From: Bellilinea caldifistulae
GTDB lineage: Bacteria > Chloroflexota > Anaerolineae > Anaerolineales > Anaerolineaceae
Reading direction: 5' to 3'
DNA: 32,000 bases
Assembly (NCBI RefSeq): GCF_001306055.1
Contig: NZ_LGHJ01000008.1
Coordinates: forward strand, 30,001-62,000
In this document: positions 26,144-32,000 of the stretch, one piece after another
How the letters are laid out: each line of letters starts with the position of its first letter
Position numbering within the stretch: the first letter of the stretch is position 1
Translations under genes and position numbers: made by a program
The notes under the pieces: generated by a model
Databases searched by the model: none
Seen by the model: only the letters and a program-made list of their open reading frames with translations
Told to the model about the DNA's origin: nothing

Positions 26144-26220
26144 GTCTGGTAATTTTAACCGTGTTAAATTGGACAAAAATTATTGAGAATTGGTTGTAGA
26201 ATTGATTTTTAGAGTTATCG

Positions 26221-26694
26221 ATGATCCGCTCGTTGTTTTCCGCCCTTGGAATCTTGATCCGCCTGCTCCTGGCGCTCGTCCTGATCGCCGGATTAGTTCT
26301 CGTCGCCTTCGTGGCGTACCGAGGCTCTCAGCCCATGCAGCTTGCCAGCGCGAACGGGATGACCTACTGGCAGTTCATGCGCGACCGGATCGGCGCCATC
26401 CGTGAGTTGCCGGTAAAATGCCAGCAGATGCACTTCACCAGCTTTGCGATCGCAGTGCCGCTTTACCCGGCTTTGTACACCTACATCGGCATCTACCCGG
26501 AGAGTTATCTCGCCGGGCACACCCAGCCCGATCCGTCGATCCCCAGGGATATCGGCTGGACCGACGCGCCAGATACCTGGTGGCGGCTGGTGGAGGACGT
26601 CTCCTGGGAAGCCTGGGTCACCCAGCACCTGCCCACGGTCATGCCCGAGTGCAACCTGAAACCGCCATCCCTGCCTGGTGTTAGCAAACCTTAA
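26221..26694 (+). CDS. Membrane-anchored hypothetical protein
   Basis: 157 aa with an N-terminal TM helix (LGILIRLLLALVLIAGLVLVAFVAY). The gene is GC-rich. Its TAA stop lies inside the left copy of the IS target duplication. Confidence 0.6.
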   Translation: MIRSLFSALGILIRLLLALVLIAGLVLVAFVAYRGSQPMQLASANGMTYWQFMRDRIGAIRELPVKCQQMHFTSFAIAVPLYPALYTYIGIYPESYLAGHTQPDPSIPRDIGWTDAPDTWWRLVEDVSWEAWVTQHLPTVMPECNLKPPSLPGVSKP

Positions 26695-26707
26695 CCAAAA
26701 CAAGGGT
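26690..26707. repeat. Left target-site duplication of the IS
   Basis: CTTAACCAAAACAAGGGT, identical to 28243-28260. The last 1-2 nt may instead belong to the terminal inverted repeat, so the TSD is 16-18 bp. Confidence 0.8.
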
Positions 26708-28244
26708 GTCATTGTTCAGGGAAAATGACACCCTAAGTGGTAAGGGAAAATGTCACCTTGACCAATGGGTGAGTGTAAGTATAATCTACAGCACCCCAAA
26801 AGAAAGGCGAGAAGATCAGGAGTAATCCGGTCAGCTCGTCTTTTTTCATGGTAGTTTGTCATCCCAATTTATTGCCTTTCAACGATTTGCCATACTGCTT
26901 CCAAGGGTGGTCAGCAGGGGGTTTCCAGGGTTGTCTGGGTTGTTTGGGCAGGGTAGTGGCTTGTGGCATATCAGGTGGTGGTGCGAGGGTAGCTGGGTGA
27001 AATTGACCGACCCGAGGGGGAGCGGAGGTGGCAGGCTGAAAGGTGATTAGGTGCTGTCCCTGGTAGAAAACGGCCAGACTGCCATCCATGGCGTGGTGCA
27101 GCTCGACCCTGGCTTTAGCGTAGCTCTTGCGGTGGGGTCCGGGCGGGATCTGGAGGCGATACTTGTTGAAAGGGATGGTATTATCGTTAGTCACGGTGCG
27201 GGGGTACTTGAAGCAGAAGTAGTCGGCTGGATCACGATCGGGTGGCCAGGGCAGATAAGCCGAGCCCGGTTGAGCTGCTTCGATCTGAAAGCGGGCATTG
27301 AACTTGGGCAGGTAAGCTGCCAGGACCCGGTTGGCACTCTCCAGGTCGTTAGCTCCCGCCTTGCGTAATTCCTTGACCAGCCGATCCTGGAGGGTGCCCC
27401 ACAGGCGTTCGACACGCCCTTTGGCCTGTGGGCTGCGGGCAGCGATCAATTGGATGCCCAATTCGTCCACCAAGCGCCCAAACTGGGTGCGCGGCAGCCC
27501 GCCGTACAGCTCTTGCTCGATGCTTGGCTGGCTAGGGCTCTGAAAGATGGTATGCTGATCGGCGTAGATCGACTGGGGAATCCCTTTGCTTCTGCAAACC
27601 TGCTCCAGCACCAGGAAGTAGCCAGCCGCATCTTCTTCTTCCCGAAAGACTGCCCAGGGCACTTCGTTGTCGGCATCATCGATCATGGCCACCAGGGTTA
27701 ACCACGGACCACGCCCTTCCAACCAATCGTGGCGACTGCCGTCAGTTTGCAGCATCATCCCCGCCTGCGGGTAGCGCTCTCGGCGACTGCGATACTCGGG
27801 AGCTCGCCGCTTCCGGGGGCTGCCTTGCCCAGCTGCCCGTCGGATGCGCCGCAACGTTGAGCGCGATACCACGATCGGCTCGGCCTGTTCAGCCAGCTCT
27901 TCGGTGAAGTGGCAGTCGTTGTAGTCCCGGTAGGTCTCCTTTGCCAACCGGAGGATCTCCTGCCTCATCACCTCTGAGATGCGGTTGGCAGGGCTTCTGC
28001 CACGGTTCCCGTGCTCCAGGGCAGCTATCCCTCGCTGACGATATGCTGCCACTAACCGGCGAAACTGCCGCTTTGAGATGCCAAGCACTTCGGCTGCCTG
28101 TTGGGCTCGTATTTTTCCGGCTTCATAGTCGATCACCATCTTCAATTTGTGCTGTTCTTTCATCGTCAATGTCACCTTGTTTTCCATGGGGTGACATTTT
28201 CCCTGAACAGTCAAGGAGTGTCAATATCGCTGAACAACAACACT
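26706..28244 (-). mobile_element. Insertion sequence of about 1.54 kb, ISNCY/IS1202-group-like
   Basis: The terminal inverted repeats are GTGTCATTGTTCAGGGAAAATGACACCC (left) and GTGTTGTTGTTCAGCGATATTGACACTCC (right, reverse complement), about 22/28 identical. There is a single DDE transposase ORF. The flanking direct repeat is 16-18 bp. Subterminal AGGGAAAATGNCACC motifs lie at 26718-26732, 26743-26757 and 28190-28204 (reverse complement), with a degenerate copy at 28217-28231. Confidence 0.85.
26859..28187 (-). CDS. DDE (rve-type) transposase, ISNCY/IS1202-like
   Basis: The likely start is MENKVTLTMKEQHKL (ATG at 28187); the track start at 28214 is 9 codons upstream. It has an N-terminal HTH (AAEVLGISKRQFRRLVAAYRQRGIAALEHGNRGR). 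The catalytic-core pattern is LQTDGSRHDW ... IDDADN ... IYADQHTIF ... SPQAKGRVER. Confidence 0.88.
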   Translation of the reverse strand: MENKVTLTMKEQHKLKMVIDYEAGKIRAQQAAEVLGISKRQFRRLVAAYRQRGIAALEHGNRGRSPANRISEVMRQEILRLAKETYRDYNDCHFTEELAEQAEPIVVSRSTLRRIRRAAGQGSPRKRRAPEYRSRRERYPQAGMMLQTDGSRHDWLEGRGPWLTLVAMIDDADNEVPWAVFREEEDAAGYFLVLEQVCRSKGIPQSIYADQHTIFQSPSQPSIEQELYGGLPRTQFGRLVDELGIQLIAARSPQAKGRVERLWGTLQDRLVKELRKAGANDLESANRVLAAYLPKFNARFQIEAAQPGSAYLPWPPDRDPADYFCFKYPRTVTNDNTIPFNKYRLQIPPGPHRKSYAKARVELHHAMDGSLAVFYQGQHLITFQPATSAPPRVGQFHPATLAPPPDMPQATTLPKQPRQPWKPPADHPWKQYGKSLKGNKLG

Positions 28245-28260
28245 TAACCAAAACAAGGGT
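28243..28260. repeat. Right target-site duplication of the IS
   Basis: CTTAACCAAAACAAGGGT, identical to 26690-26707. Confidence 0.8.
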
Positions 28261-28479
28261 TGACAAAATCGCGAAATCGTGTAAACTAATAATCACAACC
28301 AAATAGGCCAGTTTTCGAAACGTTTGCCCTTCTGCCCTCGTGCGGGATGGCAAAGCCAGAACGACTGAAGCAGTTCGTCTGGTCATCGTTGGTCGACCAA
28401 TGCGCCACACGTGGCATTCGCTTGGGAGCGGATGCAGCGGTGGCGTTTTTTGTTTCCTGGTAAAACTGGAGGTGTCATC

Positions 28480-29076
28480 GTGAGCGAAATCGTCATTCCA
28501 AAGCGCTATATTATCCTCAGCCTGGTTTTGATCGGTCTGGTCGCAGCGGCGATCTGGTTCGCGCCGCAGCTCTACGGCGGCTCACTGGCGCAGGCTGGCG
28601 AGTCTGTCACAACTGTTTCTCCATCGGTTGATCCATCGGAAGCCGAGGATGCCGCTGCCAGAGATGCTGCCCTTGCCGGCACCAAAGCCTTTTACACCGT
28701 GGACTACACAACCGGTCAACAGCACTGGCTGGACCAACTCTGCTCGGTGAGCACCCAAACCGGTTGTATCGTCTACCAGAACGTCATCGTCCCCAACTTG
28801 TGGAGCCAGCTGGAAGAGGGAAAGACCGTCACCACCGTGGAAGTCTCCGCCCAGCAGAAAGTCCAGGAGCAGGTTGCCAGCACCCGCGATCATGCCCCCA
28901 TGCAGGTCTGGCGCTTGAATATTCAACTCTCGTCCCCCTGGCCGATGCAGAAAGAACCGATCACGGATTTTCCCGCCCTGGTTCTGGTGATCAAAGAAAA
29001 TGGATCCTGGAAGTTCGAGCGCTTCCTGACCGATGAAGAGCTCCAGGCATTTTCGACAGACGGAGGCCAGCCGTGA
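28480..29076 (+). CDS. Membrane-anchored hypothetical protein
   Basis: The GTG at 28480 lies 7 nt after GGAGG (28468-28472). The N-terminal TM helix is YIILSLVLIGLVAAAIWF. The track ORF begins 23 codons earlier, at a GTG with no SD. Confidence 0.6.
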   Translation: MSEIVIPKRYIILSLVLIGLVAAAIWFAPQLYGGSLAQAGESVTTVSPSVDPSEAEDAAARDAALAGTKAFYTVDYTTGQQHWLDQLCSVSTQTGCIVYQNVIVPNLWSQLEEGKTVTTVEVSAQQKVQEQVASTRDHAPMQVWRLNIQLSSPWPMQKEPITDFPALVLVIKENGSWKFERFLTDEELQAFSTDGGQP

Positions 29077-30431
29077 AGACCATCCGTTTTCTCCTCCTGA
29101 TTTCTTTCCTTGCCGCTCTGGTTGTGCCTACTCAGGCTGCCCAGGCGGATGAAGGCGACTCACCCTGGGGTGATTTCCTCAACCCGGATGGCTCGATTGC
29201 CTGGGACCAATTGACCGACCTCGGGACGGTATCCGAGCCGGCGGATTGGATGGATATCACGCTGCCAGGCGGTCTGGTGATCGATCTGGACGCCACTTAT
29301 CATCGCTACCAGACCCCCACTGGCAATATCGTCGTGCTGCCCTCGCCTGCCACGCTCTTCTTCATGGCTTTGCATCCGGTGGAGAGCGGCTTGACGGACG
29401 CCGAAAGCATGCTGGGTAATGGCGCTTCGATCCTGGCGATGCTGGTTGGGCCATCCATGACATCGGATCAGCTCGCCCAACTGGTCTCGCAGGGTTATAC
29501 CGATCCGGCGGAATTCTTCCAGGCGGTGATCGACGGTCGGGAGGACATCTGGTCGATTATCAACCGCAATTTCTTTTTCGAAATCATGATCATGTCCTTC
29601 GATAGCGGTTTTCTCGTCAACGCCTTATTGCTCTACCTGAACGGCGTTGCCGATTGCGAAAGCATTCCCGGCGGCTGCGCCGGTTTGCTGGCAGATTGCT
29701 CGGATGGCAATTGCCTGCCCGAGACGCCCATCTGCCCCGCGCCAACCATCACCCAGGCGCCTGTCACCCTGACGATCCACAAGGTTGCTCCGGAAAACCC
29801 ATTGGTGGTCGGCCAGGATCCAGAAAAACGCGGCGCAGACATCCAGGCTCAGGCGAGTATTCCTCCTGTCATCTTCACCTGGTACGAGCAAATCCATGAT
29901 CCACCCACCTGTGAGTCCACCAGTTCCGGCAACGGCGGGGGTTGCCCCGGTCCTGGGAGCCGCTATGAGGACAACTGGGACCCGTCGATGGAGAACAATC
30001 CCGGTTATGAGGTTGTCGATGGCGAGATCCACTGCATCGAGCACGTGGAAATCTTGCCCGAGGCAATAACCGAGGTTCAGGCCAATGCCCAGCTCAGCCC
30101 AGAAAGCCGCTACTGGATTTTGAACGACCTGACCAGCAAGTATTACGAAGCCTACATCCACCAGCCGCGCTTCAACCTGGTTCCGGAGATGGCTCAGATG
30201 AGCAGCAGCTGCGGCGGGGATGGCGTCTGCACAGCCGAAACCCAGGTGCTCAATGTGCCCTTTGCCGATCCAGGCACTTTCAACCTGAGAATGTGGGTGT
30301 ACACCGCTGGAACGTTCTTCAACTGGAACGGTGTGTCCATTCCCATCACACAGCCCAGGGTGCTCTTTACTGAGGACGCCATGCAGGTTTACGTCACCCT
30401 GGTCACGTTGCTTCCGGCAGGCGCTCCATGA
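29073..30431 (+). CDS. Secreted hypothetical protein with Cys-rich central segments
   Basis: 452 aa with a signal-peptide-like N-terminus (MKTIRFLLLISFLAALVVPTQAAQA). The GTGA start overlaps the upstream stop. Cys clusters include CESIPGGCAGLLADCSDGNCLPETPIC. Confidence 0.65.
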   Translation: MKTIRFLLLISFLAALVVPTQAAQADEGDSPWGDFLNPDGSIAWDQLTDLGTVSEPADWMDITLPGGLVIDLDATYHRYQTPTGNIVVLPSPATLFFMALHPVESGLTDAESMLGNGASILAMLVGPSMTSDQLAQLVSQGYTDPAEFFQAVIDGREDIWSIINRNFFFEIMIMSFDSGFLVNALLLYLNGVADCESIPGGCAGLLADCSDGNCLPETPICPAPTITQAPVTLTIHKVAPENPLVVGQDPEKRGADIQAQASIPPVIFTWYEQIHDPPTCESTSSGNGGGCPGPGSRYEDNWDPSMENNPGYEVVDGEIHCIEHVEILPEAITEVQANAQLSPESRYWILNDLTSKYYEAYIHQPRFNLVPEMAQMSSSCGGDGVCTAETQVLNVPFADPGTFNLRMWVYTAGTFFNWNGVSIPITQPRVLFTEDAMQVYVTLVTLLPAGAP

Positions 30432-31126
30432 ACGAGCTGGACCGCATTAGTTTATTGCTGACCGATCTGCCGGTGTATTTGGCTAACGGCGTACTGGTCA
30501 TCCTGTATTGGCTGGCTGCCCATATGCCTGCCCTGACCAGCCTGCTATGCGCCTTGCTGATGGCATGGCTGCCTGATGCTGAAATCCAGCAGCGCGCCGG
30601 TTTTCGCCCGCGTCGCAGCGAGCGCGGTTCCTCCGGTGACTCGGGTGGGAAGATGCCGCGCACTGCCCAGGTGATGACGGGCATGGTGCTGGCAGCCTGG
30701 ATCATCGCCCAGTGGGATATGGGAGCGCCGGTGCCCTGGATTGGCGCAGCCATGTGGGTGGCAGGATTGGCAGCCATTTTAGCCTTATCCGCCCAGCGTT
30801 TCAACCTGTTGTGGTACGTCAAGGCTGGCATCGCCATGTATGCTCTGGCGGTCATCGGCAGCCGCATTTACCTGGGATACACCGCCGGCCTGACCCCGGA
30901 GCAGTGGGCGGCACTGATCGGTTCTTCCGAGAGCGCCGCGGTGGTGATTGCCAACACTCGCAGCAACGTGACCACCATTCTGCTTTGGGCATTATGGCTT
31001 ATCGTGCCTCTCGGTTATTTTTCGATGTTGGTTCAACAGATCTTTATCAATCCAATGTCCATGGTCAACCCACTGGCCGGCGCGCAGGATATGCTGCGCG
31101 CCTTGCGAGTACGGGATTCGCGTTGA
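30428..31126 (+). CDS. Polytopic membrane protein
   Basis: 232 aa with about 6 hydrophobic helices. The start is a 4-nt ATGA overlap with the upstream gene. Confidence 0.65.
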   Translation: MNELDRISLLLTDLPVYLANGVLVILYWLAAHMPALTSLLCALLMAWLPDAEIQQRAGFRPRRSERGSSGDSGGKMPRTAQVMTGMVLAAWIIAQWDMGAPVPWIGAAMWVAGLAAILALSAQRFNLLWYVKAGIAMYALAVIGSRIYLGYTAGLTPEQWAALIGSSESAAVVIANTRSNVTTILLWALWLIVPLGYFSMLVQQIFINPMSMVNPLAGAQDMLRALRVRDSR

Positions 31127-31132
31127 CAGTAG

Positions 31133-31185
31133 GGGCGGGTCTGCTCATGGCAATCTCGTCACCACATCTACAGGTAGACCCGCCC
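31133..31185 (+). other. Stem-loop immediately after the membrane-protein stop
   Basis: GGGCGGGTCT (31133-31142) pairs perfectly with AGACCCGCCC (31176-31185), with a 33 nt loop and no clear U-tract. Confidence 0.4.
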
Positions 31186-31370
31186 TTACCTGCAGAGCGC
31201 CACATGCCAGGAACGGAGATCCTAATCCCTCATAAACCATTTCCGCTCCCAGGATGTGTTGCTCTGCGCGGCCTTCGGGCTGTCAAAGGCAACACCAACG
31301 TCGGCCAGGAAGTCGAACGTTGGAAACCAATCCCCACACGTTGGCTTTTTGTACTTACATGGAGGATTTT

Positions 31371-31595
31371 ATGGACCCTTACACGATTGGAAGACTGGCT
31401 CTACCGGTGGTGATCGGCATCATGGCTGTGGCTGCTATTCTGGCACTGGCGATGGGCATTTTCACGGCTGTGAAGACCATGACCAGCGTTCAGCGTTTCT
31501 TCCAGCATATGGAAGAGACACGGCGGCCTGCGGTCACGATCAACTTCTTCGGCGGCAGACGAACTTCCAAACCTCCCATGCGGGCAAAGGAATGA
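31371..31595 (+). CDS. Small single-TM protein
   Basis: The ATG at 31371 lies 4 nt after GGAGGA. The 74 aa product includes the TM helix LALPVVIGIMAVAAILALAMGIF. It is nested within the longer 31254 track ORF. Confidence 0.5.
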   Translation: MDPYTIGRLALPVVIGIMAVAAILALAMGIFTAVKTMTSVQRFFQHMEETRRPAVTINFFGGRRTSKPPMRAKE

Positions 31596-31725
31596 GCAAT
31601 AACTGGACACGATCAGGCGTGGCATGGGTACGCCTGAACTTCCTCCAGATTGGATTGTGGCTTGATATCTGTGGGTGTTCACCCCCAGATGTGAACCCAT
31701 AATCCAAAGATTGCCAGCTAAGGAC

Positions 31726-32000
31726 ATGAACGATCGATCATTTCTCCACTCTATCAAGAAAGTCAGCGACTGGCTGCCAAACTGGTCCAGTTGGCTTCAT
31801 CCGCCTCGCAACGGTACGCCAGCAATTCCCGCTGACCTGCAGGTGGAAAAATCCGGTGTGTGCTTTATCGATGGGCAAGACGAGTTGGACTATCTCTGGT
31901 ACCGGCTGCGAGAGATCGAGGGTGGGCGAGAGTATGCCGGTTTTCGGGTTGTTCGCCTGTTGCAGTTGAGTTTCTTGCCCCTGGAAGCCCGCTCTGACCC
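31726..32000 (+). CDS. Hypothetical protein, N-terminal 91 codons, runs off the right edge. Not in the ORF track.
   Basis: The frame is open from the ATG at 31726 to the window end (MNDRSFLHSIKKVSDWLPNW...EYAGFRVVRLLQLSFLPLEARSD). It follows the small TM gene on the same strand. Confidence 0.45.
   Translation, partial: MNDRSFLHSIKKVSDWLPNWSSWLHPPRNGTPAIPADLQVEKSGVCFIDGQDELDYLWYRLREIEGGREYAGFRVVRLLQLSFLPLEARSD

Noticed and set aside
23844-26220. A complete integron (intI, attI and Pc) rather than an orphan attC cluster
   Set aside because: No tyrosine-recombinase-like ORF occurs anywhere in the window. The only ORF on the expected side (26221-26694) is a small membrane protein. I report the sites only as an attC-like cluster.
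28330-28390. Imperfect hairpin CCAGAACGACTG-AAG-CAGTTCGTCTGG as a terminator after the IS
   Set aside because: The central stem positions are out of register and there is no U-tract. I cannot distinguish it from a chance palindrome.
30712-31757. Overlapping ORFs 30712-31413 (plus), 31256-31702 (plus) and 31401-31757 (minus)
   Set aside because: They are out of frame with the TM-rich 30428-31126 gene or with the SD-preceded small TM gene at 31371. They have Arg/Gly/His-rich composition and no SD.
1-32000. CRISPR arrays, rRNA genes and tRNA genes
   Set aside because: I saw no regularly spaced 25-40 bp direct repeats, no rRNA-like conserved stretches and no cloverleaf-compatible sequences. The only short repeats are the attC-like sites, the IS ends and the target duplication described above.

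Overview
The window has three parts. (1) 2.6-18.4 kb, minus strand: a complete, tightly coupled type 1 BREX operon. Gene order is small excisionase-type HTH, brxA, brxB, brxC, pglX, an embedded DUF262/DUF1524 (GmrSD/BrxU-like) type IV restriction gene, pglZ, brxL. An AT-rich module sits directly 3' of brxL: an SF1 helicase plus an overlapping partial ORF that the ORF track does not list. pglX is a compositional chimera, with an AT-rich block of about 2.1 kb (including the NPPY motif) inside an otherwise GC-rich gene. (2) 18.4-23.8 kb, plus strand, divergent from BREX: a translationally coupled operon of an EspR-like HTH, a HExxH ImmA/IrrE-like peptidase, a polytopic membrane protein and a PAP2-like membrane protein. 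It is followed by an SSB-like gene, a membrane-anchored gene and a coiled-coil/wHTH/PD-(D/E)xK-like gene, which looks like a plasmid or ICE maintenance module. (3) 23.8-25.9 kb: an AT-rich islet with two minus-strand genes. Each gene is bounded by 60-85 bp GC-rich imperfect palindromes with RYYYAAC...GTTRRRY ends, and one has its stop codon inside the RYYYAAC box. I read these as integron attC-like sites, giving two gene cassettes in a cluster with no integrase in view. This is the most interesting signal that the ORF track does not explain. Downstream, a 1.54 kb DDE (ISNCY/IS1202-like) insertion sequence with a 16-18 bp target duplication splits a GC-rich operon of membrane and secreted proteins that may be conjugation-related. 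I found no rRNA, tRNA or CRISPR array. All family names come from motif recognition by eye and no database search was run.
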